Of a DNA stretch of 64,000 bases, positions 28,901 to 38,124 are shown piece by piece. The stretch is taken from contig CAKQMD010000002.1 of assembly GCA_934254925.1 (NCBI GenBank), positions 17,841 to 81,840 on the forward strand, read 5' to 3'. Numbering within the stretch: position 1 is the stretch's first letter; every line of letters starts with the position of its first letter. This DNA is from an uncultured Alphaproteobacteria bacterium. GTDB lineage: Bacteria > Pseudomonadota > Alphaproteobacteria > RF32 > CAG-239. The notes beneath the pieces were generated by a model. The model saw only the letters and a program-made list of their open reading frames with translations. It made no database searches and was not told the origin of the DNA. The position numbers and the translations under genes were made by a program.

Positions 28901-30111
28901 TCGCGGTTAGCCAGTAAGAGTTCTTGGTTTGCATTGGCAACAACTATACAGGACTTGTTGTCTTTTTTCAAGCGATTGCAAGCCTTGTTTGCCTCGTCTT
29001 TATCAAATCCGCTTAATTTGGAGCGGTAAATGACTGCGGCGCCGCTTTGAATCGGTTCAATGTCAATTTGCTTATGCGCATATTGCCGGTGAATTTCTTT
29101 TTTTATTTCCTGTGCATAATGGCGGGCTTTGGCGTAATTGGAAAAAGCGCCGACCTGAATGCTCCAGGAGTTTTCAAGCGTTTGTTCCTGTTGGTCTGTT
29201 TCTGCTGTCGAAGCCGCGGCAACTTCAACCGCGTCTTCCTTGTCATTAGGCACTTTGGCATAAATGTTCGGGGTCGTCATTTGGGTGTTTAAAGCCAGTT
29301 TGGCGAGGCCCTGATTCATCATGCCGGCGACTTTTTTGTCGCGGTTTTTGATGCTGTTATGTCCCATGGTGACGGCAATGACCCTTTGTCCATTGCGGGT
29401 TGCCGAGGTCATAATATTGTATCCGGAAGCCGCCGTATAGCCGGTTTTCATGCCGTCAGCGCCTTCAAAGGTTTTCAGCAAATGATTATGCGTGTAAATG
29501 GTTTTGCCTTTGTAAGTGAATTTTTTGGTGGCAAAAAGTTTGTAATATTGCGGAAAATGGTGATACATGGCGGCACCGAGGAGAGCCATGTCGCGGGCCG
29601 TGGTTTTTTGAGCTTTGTTGGGCAGGCCGGAGGCGTTTTTGAAGGTGGTATTTTTCATACCGAGTTCGTGAGCCACTTTGGTCATGGTTTTGGCAAAGTT
29701 GGCTTCGCTGTAGCCGAGGCCTTCGGCAAGGACGGTGGCGCAATCGTTGGCGGATTTGACAATGACAGCCATGACGGCGTCGCGTACCGAAATTTTTTCT
29801 CCCGGACGCAGCCCCAATTTGGAAGGAGAACGGTTGGCCGCAGTGCGGGAAACGGGGAGCAGGTCGTCAAATTTGATCAAACCTTTTTCAATGGCATCAA
29901 AAGTAATGTAAAGAGTCATCACTTTGGTTAGGGAGGCCGGGTATCTCAGTGTATCTGCCGCGGAGGAGGCCAAAATCTCGCCGGAATTGGCGTCGATCAT
30001 GATTGAAGAAACCGAGGCTTTGGCCGGCACGGCATACAAAAATACCGCCATCAGCGGGATGAGAAGGGATTTTCCGGCATCACGAAGCGATTTGCTAAAT
30101 TCTTTATACAT
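28897..30111 (-). CDS. D-alanyl-D-alanine carboxypeptidase (S11) with a C-terminal SPOR domain
   Basis: The SxxK (ASLTK), SGN and KTG motifs are present, with a C-terminal SWSIQVGAFSNYAKARHYAQE SPOR-like repeat. Confidence 0.85.
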   Translation of the reverse strand: MYKEFSKSLRDAGKSLLIPLMAVFLYAVPAKASVSSIMIDANSGEILASSAADTLRYPASLTKVMTLYITFDAIEKGLIKFDDLLPVSRTAANRSPSKLGLRPGEKISVRDAVMAVIVKSANDCATVLAEGLGYSEANFAKTMTKVAHELGMKNTTFKNASGLPNKAQKTTARDMALLGAAMYHHFPQYYKLFATKKFTYKGKTIYTHNHLLKTFEGADGMKTGYTAASGYNIMTSATRNGQRVIAVTMGHNSIKNRDKKVAGMMNQGLAKLALNTQMTTPNIYAKVPNDKEDAVEVAAASTAETDQQEQTLENSWSIQVGAFSNYAKARHYAQEIKKEIHRQYAHKQIDIEPIQSGAAVIYRSKLSGFDKDEANKACNRLKKDNKSCIVVANANQELLLANRE

Positions 30112-30324
30112 TTTCTTTGCTCTATTTCATGAAATTCATATATGCTTATGACGAGTTTAGGCGAAAATAGCAAATAAAGTGTTAATTTTTCCCTATCGGT
30201 TTTATAATAAATTAGTTTTATGCAGTGGAGCGGCGAAAAAACGGAAAAGCAAAAAAAGAACGGGTAAGATGATAAATTTAGCTTGACTTATTGGCGGATT
30301 GTTTGTAAATAGGGGAAAGTTGAC

Positions 30325-30402
30325 GGCGGATGTAGCTCAGTTGGTTAGAGCGCTGGTTTGTGGTACCAGATGTCGTGAGTTCGAATCTCATCATCCGCCC
30401 CA
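30325..30402 (+). tRNA. tRNA-His (anticodon GUG)
   Basis: G-1:C73 with acceptor GGCGGAT/CATCCGC and anticodon loop TTGTGGT. CCA is encoded. Confidence 0.85.
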
Positions 30403-30630
30403 TTAAAAAGGCCCCTCGCGAGAGGGGCTTTTTTAATGGTAAGGCGGTGATAGAGATTTGAACTCACAGAAGTGAGTTCGACAACAAGCGGCAGGCGGAC
30501 GGGAGGACGCCGGTGCCTTGCAGCTGCGCAGGTGCGGCGAAGCCAATCGAATTAATCCGCCCCATTAAAAAGGCCCCTCGCGAGAGGGGCTTTTTTAATG
30601 GTAAGGCGGTGACAGAGATTTGAACTCACT
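30392..30630. repeat. Two tandem copies (~75 bp each, ~160 bp apart) of a palindromic unit
   Basis: Each unit consists of the tRNA-His 3' end, the terminator, and an inverted degenerate tRNA-His 3'-end fragment. Copy 1 is at 30392-30466 and copy 2 at 30552-30626, differing by one or two bases (GTGATAGAG versus GTGACAGAG). Confidence 0.7.
30404..30436 (+). terminator. Rho-independent terminator after tRNA-His
   Basis: AAAAAGGCCCCTCGCGAGAGGGGCTTTTTTAA. Confidence 0.6.
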
Positions 30631-30744
30631 GGCTAAAGTTATCCAAAGGCAGAGGTTGAACTTTGGTTATATTCGTTCTTGGGGATTGACATTTTGCTTA
30701 ATCTGCTTTGATATCACACTATAAAAAAGACTCTGCAAGAAGAG

Positions 30745-32316
30745 GTGGAAATGTACAAAAGAGTTGTTGTCTCAAGTCTTATTGCCGTTTTGGCCGTCGG
30801 TGCCGCCGCATGGCTGATATGGGAAAAGGTCACCGTTCAAAATGAATTGAACGAAGCACAGACCGTGCCGGGGGAGGTTTTTTCCTTTGAGGCCTTGACG
30901 CAAAAAGCCCGTTTGTTGTCTCAAGCCGGGTATGTCAAGCCCGCGGACAATCTGCCTGAAGCGCTTAAAAATCTGAGTTATGACCAGCATCGGGATATCC
31001 GTTTCGTGCGCGAGAATGGTCCGTGGTATAAGCAGAAGTTGCCGTTTGAAGTGCAATTTTTTCATCTTGGTTCCATTTTTCAGATGTCGGTTCCGATTAA
31101 TGAGATTGTTGACGGCAAGGTACGGCCGATCCGTTATGCACCGCTCTTTTTCGACTATGGCAAGAACAATTTGAAAACAGACGATTTCAGAAGCATCGGC
31201 TATGCCGGTTTTCGTCTGCATGCGCCGCTGAATACGGTTGCCTATTATGACGAGTTGGTTTCTTTTTTGGGGGCCAGTTACTTCCGGGCCTTAGGACGCC
31301 ATGAGAAATATGGTCTTTCGGCCAGGGGACTGGCGATTGACACGGCGGTGCAGACCGGGGAGGAATTTCCCGTTTTTAAGGAATTTTGGATTGAAAAGCC
31401 GAAGCGGCGTACGCAGAGGGTCAATGTTTATGCCCTGTTGGACAGTCCGAGCGTTGCCGGAGCGTATCACTTTCGCATTAAGCCGGGGGATTTTACGACC
31501 ATGGAAGTCGAGGCGGTTTTGTTTCCGCGCAAGGCGATTAACAAATTGGGTGTGGCGCCGCTGACTTCAATGTTTTTGTTTGGCGAAAACAACAAATATC
31601 GTTTTGACGACCATCGTCCCGAAGTTCATGACAGCGACGGCCTGTTGGTTTGGAACGGGCAGGGTGAATGGCTGTGGCGGCCTTTGGACAATTCCAAATA
31701 TCTGCGCATCAGCTCTTTTGTCGACAATCATCCCAAAGGGTTCGGGCTGATGCAGCGTGATCAGAATCCGGAACATTATATGGATTTTGAGGCTATGTAC
31801 GAGCAACGGCCGAGCGTGTGGGTAGAGCCGATGGGTGATTGGGGAAAGGGTGTCGTGCAGCTGGTGGAGATTCCTTCTCTGCAAGAGATTCATGACAATA
31901 TCGTGGCTTATTGGATTCCCAAGCAGCCGATTGAGGCCGGAAAAGAATATCGCTTTAAATATAAGCTTTATTGGGGCGGAGACGTGCCGATGCCCCGCGA
32001 CGTGGCGCAGGTTAACGCGACTTATACGGGAATCGGCGGTGTTTCGGGCATGTTGGAAAGCAACAAGCGCAAATTTGTCATCGACTTTACTGGCAAAGGT
32101 TTGCGCGAAGCTTTTGAAAAAGGCGAGATTTCTCCGGAAGTCTCCGTCAGCGAAGGAACGGTGACCGGCGTGCATATGATGTATAATCCTTTGTCCAAAG
32201 GGGTGATCGTTTATGTTGACTTCAAGCCAAACGGTAAGACTTCGGAGATCAGGATTTCCCTTAAAAAGAACGGACAAAACGTTTCGGAGGTATGGAGTTA
32301 TCAATGGCTGCCTTAA
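30745..32316 (+). CDS. opgG: Periplasmic glucan biosynthesis protein OpgG (MdoG)
   Basis: 523 aa with a signal peptide. The MdoG-family length and sequence are present (e.g. DFRSIGYAGFR). Confidence 0.85.
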   Translation: MEMYKRVVVSSLIAVLAVGAAAWLIWEKVTVQNELNEAQTVPGEVFSFEALTQKARLLSQAGYVKPADNLPEALKNLSYDQHRDIRFVRENGPWYKQKLPFEVQFFHLGSIFQMSVPINEIVDGKVRPIRYAPLFFDYGKNNLKTDDFRSIGYAGFRLHAPLNTVAYYDELVSFLGASYFRALGRHEKYGLSARGLAIDTAVQTGEEFPVFKEFWIEKPKRRTQRVNVYALLDSPSVAGAYHFRIKPGDFTTMEVEAVLFPRKAINKLGVAPLTSMFLFGENNKYRFDDHRPEVHDSDGLLVWNGQGEWLWRPLDNSKYLRISSFVDNHPKGFGLMQRDQNPEHYMDFEAMYEQRPSVWVEPMGDWGKGVVQLVEIPSLQEIHDNIVAYWIPKQPIEAGKEYRFKYKLYWGGDVPMPRDVAQVNATYTGIGGVSGMLESNKRKFVIDFTGKGLREAFEKGEISPEVSVSEGTVTGVHMMYNPLSKGVIVYVDFKPNGKTSEIRISLKKNGQNVSEVWSYQWLP

Positions 32317-32759
32317 GGATCCGCAGTGCCGCCGACATCGTCGGGGCTTATCTTCAAACCATGGGATATGAAAAACAGCAGACGGTGTCGGCTTTTGAGC
32401 AATTGCTCTCCTGCCGCGGTGCCTTTGCCGAAGGGGATGACGTCGTCGCGCTTTTGGATGATTTGGTTTTCAAGGCGGCGCAGAAGGTCTTTCGCGGTTA
32501 CGGTGCCGATAGAATCGGCAAGATTGCCTTGTTCAAATACTGTTTTTGCCGGGCGAAGGCGGCCGAAAAGTTTGGACCCGACGCTTGGTGCGGCAGCGAG
32601 CCGACGACGGCGTTGAAAGAAGTGCTGCAAAAAGAGACCGTGTTTGTGGCGCCGCCTTACAGTTTGTCGCATATGCAACCGCAAAAAATCGAATCTCCCG
32701 CTCCGGGACGTTGTTTGGGCAAATTGTTCCATCCGCATCAGAAGGTACTGAAAAAATGA
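32304..32759 (+). CDS. Hypothetical protein encoded between opgG and opgH
   Basis: The ATG at 32304 has GGAGG 12 nt upstream and overlaps the opgG 3' end in another frame. Its TGA overlaps the opgH ATG (ATGA at 32756-32759). The product is non-repetitive, ~151 aa. Confidence 0.45.
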   Translation: MAALRIRSAADIVGAYLQTMGYEKQQTVSAFEQLLSCRGAFAEGDDVVALLDDLVFKAAQKVFRGYGADRIGKIALFKYCFCRAKAAEKFGPDAWCGSEPTTALKEVLQKETVFVAPPYSLSHMQPQKIESPAPGRCLGKLFHPHQKVLKK

Positions 32760-34801
32760 AAGATATTTTGATCAACCAAGAACGGGTGCGTCGTCGGCGC
32801 TTTAAGGTCTTCGGTCTGGTTCTGCTTTCCACGTTGTTGGCCTGCCTCAAATGGATTTCCGTGATTCCCACGGATTCAACCTGGCTGACAAAAACGCTGA
32901 TGATTGTGTTGTTTATGCTTACGTTTGCCTGGATTGCCCTGTTTTTCTGGTCCAGCGTCTTTGGTTTTTTTGAGCTGATGGGGCGGCGAAAGGTTCCCGG
33001 AATCCGCTGGCCGGCGGAAAACAGGCCCTTAAAAAGCCGTACAGCGGTTTTGATGCCGGTTTATAACGAAGAGCCGCAAAGCGTTTTTGCCAATCTGCTG
33101 GCCATGGGGCAAGATTTGGCGGCCACAGGCGAAGGGCGCGCTTTTGACTTTTTTGTTCTGAGTGATACCACGGATCCCAAGATGTGGGTCGAGGAAGAAA
33201 GAATTTGGGCGGAAGCCAAACGCCTGATGGCGCCCGAGATCAACCTTTATTATCGGAGACGGCCGAAGAATACAGCGCGCAAGAGCGGCAATATTGAGGA
33301 TTTTTGCAACAAATGGGGCAGCCAATACGATTTTATGGTGGTGCTTGACGCCGACAGTCTGATGAACGGTAAAACCGTGGTGACGATGAGCCGACTGATG
33401 GAAGCCAATCCGACGGCGGGTATTATTCAAGCGCCGCCGATGTGCATTAATCGGCATTCCTGGTTTGCGCGGGTGCAGCAATTTGCCGGTAAGGTCTACG
33501 GACCGATTGTTTCTGCCGGGCTGGCCTATTGGCAGGTGGGTGACAGCAATTATTGGGGGCATAACGCCATTATTCGGGTAAAAGCTTTCATGGAATGCTG
33601 CGGATTGCCGGTTTTGAAGGGACGGGCGCCTTTCGGCGGGCATATTCTGAGCCATGATTTTGTAGAAGCGGCTTTGATTCGTCGCGGCGGATGGAACGCT
33701 TGGCTGTTGCCGGAGCTGAAGGGGAGTTATGAGGAATGCCCGCCGACGATGATTGATTTTGCCATGCGCGACCGCCGTTGGTGCCAAGGCAATATGCAGC
33801 ATATGAAAATCTTGGTTTCCAAAGGGTTGCATCCGGTGAGCCGCGTGCATTTTGTCATTGGGATCATGTCTTATCTTTCCTCGCCGTTGTGGTTGAGTTT
33901 TCTGTTGGTCGGGCTGATGATTGCTTTGGGGCGAGAGTTTTTCCCGCCGGTTTATTTTCCCGAAGCGCGGACCTTGTTTCCGACTTGGCCGATTTTTGAC
34001 AAGATCGGGACGATCGCTTTGTTTGCCATCTCCATGTTTATGTTGTTTTTCCCCAAGTTTTTGGGGTTGATCGTTTATTTGCGGCAGCATAAGGACAAGA
34101 GGCTGATCGGCGGCAGCTGGGGCGCTTTTAAAAGCGTGTTGACCGAGATTGTTTTCAGCGCTTTGATTGCGCCGATTATGATGATGTTTCAAAGTAAGTT
34201 CGTTTTTGACATTTTTGCAGGGAACGACGTCGGATGGAAAACGCAGCATCGCGGCGACGACGCGACGCCTTGGACGGAAGCCCTGCGACGCCATATCTGG
34301 CATATGGGCTTGGGTGTGGCGACGATGGTCATCGTTTGGCTGTATGCCCGCGAGTTGTTTTGGTGGATGTTGCCGATTACCGTCGGGCTGATCTTGTCGG
34401 TGCCGCTTTCGGTGTTTTCTTCTTATGAATCGCTCGGTTTGTGGGCCAAACGGCGGAATTTGTTCGTTATTTCGGAAGAGATCGAAGAACCGGAAATTCT
34501 GACGTCTGCCAAGCGTTTTGCCGCGGTGTTGAAACAGAAAAAGGCTGTTGCCGCAGGTGTCAGTCTGCTGGTTAAGGATGCGGCTTTGCTGCATCTGCAT
34601 TTGGTGATGTTGCCGTTGAACGGCCCGGCGCCGGATTTTCCTCGTGAGGTGAGCGATGCCGCGCAGATCAAACTTGACAATTTTATCCATTACGGTCGGG
34701 AAATGGCGTTGACAAAAGAAGAAGAGTTGGCCCTTTTGTATCTTCCGCAGGCTTTGGAAGAGGCAAGCATCGCCTATTATCTAGAGCTTGAGGCTTTGTA
34801 G
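32756..34801 (+). CDS. opgH: Glucans biosynthesis glucosyltransferase OpgH (MdoH, GT2)
   Basis: The ORF shows GT2 motifs (VLDADS, QxxRW-like RDRRWCQGN) and multi-TM flanks. The real start is taken as MKDILINQ at 32756 rather than the upstream ORF-track extension. Confidence 0.85.
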   Translation: MKDILINQERVRRRRFKVFGLVLLSTLLACLKWISVIPTDSTWLTKTLMIVLFMLTFAWIALFFWSSVFGFFELMGRRKVPGIRWPAENRPLKSRTAVLMPVYNEEPQSVFANLLAMGQDLAATGEGRAFDFFVLSDTTDPKMWVEEERIWAEAKRLMAPEINLYYRRRPKNTARKSGNIEDFCNKWGSQYDFMVVLDADSLMNGKTVVTMSRLMEANPTAGIIQAPPMCINRHSWFARVQQFAGKVYGPIVSAGLAYWQVGDSNYWGHNAIIRVKAFMECCGLPVLKGRAPFGGHILSHDFVEAALIRRGGWNAWLLPELKGSYEECPPTMIDFAMRDRRWCQGNMQHMKILVSKGLHPVSRVHFVIGIMSYLSSPLWLSFLLVGLMIALGREFFPPVYFPEARTLFPTWPIFDKIGTIALFAISMFMLFFPKFLGLIVYLRQHKDKRLIGGSWGAFKSVLTEIVFSALIAPIMMMFQSKFVFDIFAGNDVGWKTQHRGDDATPWTEALRRHIWHMGLGVATMVIVWLYARELFWWMLPITVGLILSVPLSVFSSYESLGLWAKRRNLFVISEEIEEPEILTSAKRFAAVLKQKKAVAAGVSLLVKDAALLHLHLVMLPLNGPAPDFPREVSDAAQIKLDNFIHYGREMALTKEEELALLYLPQALEEASIAYYLELEAL

Positions 34802-35170
34802 CGCCTGAATAAAAGGACGATCCGCCGGCGGAAAGTCGTATTGATCAAGTTCGGCGGGTGAAACCCAGCGGCATTGTTCGTGGGCGTGCAGTGTCAGTTG
34901 CGGTTGTTCTTTCAATCTTACAAAATAGGCGTGGAGTTCAATGGTGCCGAAATCATAGTCAAAAGAAGAGGTCATGAAGGCTTCTCCGATTTTGCAGTCA
35001 AGCTCCAGCTCCTCGCGAAGCTCGCGTTTGAGGCATTGGGGCAGGGTTTCGCCGGATTCAAGTTTTCCGCCGGGGAATTCCCAAGCCAGCGGAAGCGATT
35101 TGCCGCGAGGTCGTTGGCAGATGAGGATCCGATGATTGCAAATGATAACGGCGGCAGTTACGACTGTCAT
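34781..35170 (-). CDS. NUDIX hydrolase (MutT-like)
   Basis: The Nudix box GGKLESGETLPQCLKRELREELEL is present. Confidence 0.8.
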   Translation of the reverse strand: MTVVTAAVIICNHRILICQRPRGKSLPLAWEFPGGKLESGETLPQCLKRELREELELDCKIGEAFMTSSFDYDFGTIELHAYFVRLKEQPQLTLHAHEQCRWVSPAELDQYDFPPADRPFIQALQSLKL

Positions 35171-35277
35171 GATAATCTCCTTAAAAAACTGCTTTTGAAG
35201 GGCAGCTTAGCGCATTGATTTTTTTGAAACAAGATTTATAATCACCAAAGTGGACAACTCAACGGACGAGGTGAAAA

Positions 35278-35766
35278 ATGCAAAAATTTTGGGGAATATT
35301 AATCGGTTTCGTTTTTTGGGGAACGGCGGGTGTTCTGCAGGCACAGGAAAACGCCGAAACTTTGCCGGCGCCCACGGCGGATGCTGTCGTGGTTCAGGGG
35401 GAAAACAGTTACGGCTATATGAACAAGAAGGCCAGGCAACAGGCGGAAAAACGCACAGTCCTGGAAAGGGAAGCGGCGGAAGCCGATACGAGAATCCGGC
35501 GAGAAGCCATTGCCAAGGCTCAGGCAAGGCAAGCGGAGTTAGAAGCCCAACAGGCGGAAAAAGCGGCCAATCCGTCGCGCATTCGCCAGAAAGCCCTTGA
35601 GCGGGCAAAGGAACGCGACGCCGAAAGGCAAAAGCTTTTGGACGAGAAGGAGCAAAACGTGTCGCGTTTTACCAAAAAAGCGCAAGAGCGGGCAAAAGAG
35701 CGCGAGAGAAAAATGCAGGAGAAGATTCAGCGCCGTGAGGAACGTCGGCGTCGCAACCGACGTTAA
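35278..35766 (+). CDS. Secreted, highly charged (R/E/A/K/Q) helical protein
   Basis: A signal peptide MQKFWGILIGFVFWGTAGVLQA is followed by a repetitive charged sequence. Confidence 0.5.
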   Translation: MQKFWGILIGFVFWGTAGVLQAQENAETLPAPTADAVVVQGENSYGYMNKKARQQAEKRTVLEREAAEADTRIRREAIAKAQARQAELEAQQAEKAANPSRIRQKALERAKERDAERQKLLDEKEQNVSRFTKKAQERAKERERKMQEKIQRREERRRRNRR

Positions 35767-36506
35767 AAAGGTTCGAACAGTCCTTTGGCATCACGCAGAA
35801 TTGCTGAGGCAGCGGGCGTGTGGGTGCCGTCGCTTTCATGTACAATCAGTCCCGGGTGCAGACGCAACGGCGCTTTAGAGTCTTTTCGGGCACGGATCAA
35901 AATCCTTTTGGCGGGCTGTCCAGCTTTGGAAAACATCGGAACGAGGGTGACGTCTCCCAAGCGTCCGTGCAAAACGCCGAGAATTTCCGTCAAGGCTTCG
36001 CAGCGGTTGATCATATAAAAATATCCGCGCGGTTGCAGCATCTTAATCATAAATTCAAGCCAACCGGAGAGACCTTCGCCGTGGTGATTATGGGCCAGCG
36101 CTTTTCCCGGGTTGGGCGAGGGGAGGTCGTGTTCGGCATAAGGCGGATTGGAGATGACGCGGTCAAAGCTGCAGGGCGGCAGGCGGGTGTCGGCAATGTC
36201 CGCGTTAATGAATTTCAGGCGCTCAAATCCGTTGGCTGCGGCGCTCAGATTGGACAATTCCGCCAGGCGGGACTGTACTTCAATGCCGGTGATTTCCGGC
36301 GTCTGTTCGCGAAAGCGGGCGGCCAGGCACAAGGCGACGGCACCTGTTCCCGATCCGACATCAAGAATCTTTTCTCCCTTTTTCACGCCGTCGACCAGCG
36401 CAGCCAGAAAGACGGCATCGGTAGAGGCACGATAGCCGTTTGTGGGTTGATAAAATTCTATGCGGCGGTTCAAAAGATAATCCCGACGAGAGTCCTTGTC
36501 ATGCAT
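35763..36506 (-). CDS. SAM-dependent N6-adenine methyltransferase, TrmN6/YfiC-like
   Basis: DVGSGTGAVALCLA (motif I) and NPPY (motif IV) are present. Confidence 0.7.
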   Translation of the reverse strand: MHDKDSRRDYLLNRRIEFYQPTNGYRASTDAVFLAALVDGVKKGEKILDVGSGTGAVALCLAARFREQTPEITGIEVQSRLAELSNLSAAANGFERLKFINADIADTRLPPCSFDRVISNPPYAEHDLPSPNPGKALAHNHHGEGLSGWLEFMIKMLQPRGYFYMINRCEALTEILGVLHGRLGDVTLVPMFSKAGQPAKRILIRARKDSKAPLRLHPGLIVHESDGTHTPAASAILRDAKGLFEPF

Positions 36507-36583
36507 AAGTCATACCTTTTTATTGCAATATCTAAGATTTCTGCCTAATATAGCTTATTATTTTGCTGAAAGGAAGAAAAATA

Positions 36584-37398
36584 TGAAAACTTTGATTGTC
36601 ATTCCCGCGCGTTATGCTTCGACGCGTTTTCCAGGAAAGCCGCTGGTAAAGATCGCCGGTAAGGAAATGCTGCTTCGGGTTTGGGAAAACGCCTGCCGCG
36701 CCGCGGAAAGATTTGAGGGCTGTGAGGCTGTGGTGGCGACCGATGACGAACGGATTATGGCTTTTTGCCGAGAAAAAGGTATTCGCGCGGTGATGACTTC
36801 CGTCGACTGTCTGACCGGAACCGACCGGGTGGTTGAGGCTGCGGCGGCCATGCCGGAGGTGCCGGAGTTCGTCGTTAATTTGCAGGGGGACAATCCTTTG
36901 TGTCCTCATTGGTTTGTGGAGGCGGTCATTGCCGCTTATTATGAAAACGATCGGGTTGATACGGTGACGCCGGTGGTCAATCTGTCATGGAAAGAACTGG
37001 ACAAACTGCGCGAGAACAAGCTTAAGACGCCTTTCAGCGGCACGACGGCGGTTTTTGGCGCCGATGGCAACGCCTTTTATTTTTCCAAAAACATCATTCC
37101 GGCTATTCGCAAAGAAGACAAAAGACGAGAAGAAGGTGCCTTTTCTCCGGTGTATCGTCAGGTGGGACTTTATGGTTATCGTTATGACATTTTGCGCAAA
37201 ATCACCGCCTTACCAGAAGGTTTTTATGAAAAACTTGAAGGTTTGGAGCAGCTGCGCTGGATTGAGAACGGCATTAAGGTCAAATGCGTGAAAGTCGATT
37301 ATCGCAGCTATGTCAAAATGGCCTCAATGTCGGGGGTCGACTCTCCCGAGGACGTGGCGCGGGCCGAAGCGGTTTTGGCCGAATACGGCGAATTTTAA
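36584..37398 (+). CDS. kdsB: 3-deoxy-manno-octulosonate cytidylyltransferase (CMP-KDO synthetase)
   Basis: The N-terminus reads MKTLIVIPARYASTRFPGKPL. An in-frame ATG at 36584 is preferred over the longer ORF-track start. Confidence 0.85.
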
Positions 37399-37412
37399 GA
37401 GGAGAAGGCAAA

Positions 37413-38120
37413 GTGACAACCAGATTGATCATTGTTCGGCACGGAAATACGTTTGCCGCGGGAGAAACGCCGCGCCGCGTCGGCGGCAGGACGGATCTGC
37501 CTTTGGTGGAAACGGAACGGGGGACTAACGTTGGAAAATATCTGCTGCTTAAAGGTTGGCGACCGGATGCGGTTTTTTCCTCACCTCTGAAAAGGACAAT
37601 GGAAACGGCGGCATTGGCGATGAAGGCCATGGGGCTGTCTCTGCCGATCTTGGAGGAAAGTTCCTTCCGCGAGGTTGATTACGGTCCGGACGAAAATAAA
37701 ACGGAAGAAGAAGTCAAGGCGCGTTTGGGACGGCTTTATCTGGAAAAAGAAGGTAAAACCGTTTCCGATCCCGAGGAAGTTCAGGCCCGTGGCGAGGCGG
37801 TGTTGAAAGAATGGGATCAAAATGCGGTTGTTCCGTCGGGGTGGAAAGTTTCCGTCGAAGGGCTGATTGAAACCTGGAAGGATTTTGCGGCAAAAATTGA
37901 AAAGGATTATAAAAATAAAACGGTTTTGGCGGTTTCCAGCAATGGAGTCATTCGTTTTGCGCCTTATCTGACCGGTGATTTTGCAAAGTTTTGCCAAAAC
38001 TTTGATATCAAGGTGCCGACCGGCGGGGTCTGTGTTTTGGAAAAAGAGGACGATGCGGCGGTTTGGACCTGTGCAGAATGGGGCGTTAAGCCGAAAAAGA
38101 TTCTTGAGTCTTTGTCTTGA
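37413..38120 (+). CDS. Histidine phosphatase (phosphoglycerate mutase) family protein
   Basis: GTG start with GGAGAAGG upstream. The N-terminus is RLIIVRHGNT (catalytic RHG). Confidence 0.6.
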   Translation: MTTRLIIVRHGNTFAAGETPRRVGGRTDLPLVETERGTNVGKYLLLKGWRPDAVFSSPLKRTMETAALAMKAMGLSLPILEESSFREVDYGPDENKTEEEVKARLGRLYLEKEGKTVSDPEEVQARGEAVLKEWDQNAVVPSGWKVSVEGLIETWKDFAAKIEKDYKNKTVLAVSSNGVIRFAPYLTGDFAKFCQNFDIKVPTGGVCVLEKEDDAAVWTCAEWGVKPKKILESLS

Positions 38121-38124
38121 GGCA

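Noticed and set aside
30392-30630. Possible CRISPR array at the tRNA-His repeats
   Set aside because: There are only two copies. The repeats are palindromic tRNA and terminator derivatives, and no cas genes or regular spacer structure are present.
32546-32755. Upstream 70-codon extension of opgH in the ORF track
   Set aside because: The extension overlaps the inter-gene ORF. The conserved OpgH N-terminus begins at MKDILINQ (ATG 32756), which is coupled to the upstream stop.
33029-34690. 553-aa minus-strand ORF inside opgH
   Set aside because: Antisense to the OpgH glucosyltransferase. The R/H/Q/P-rich product has no motifs and is a GC-driven artefact.
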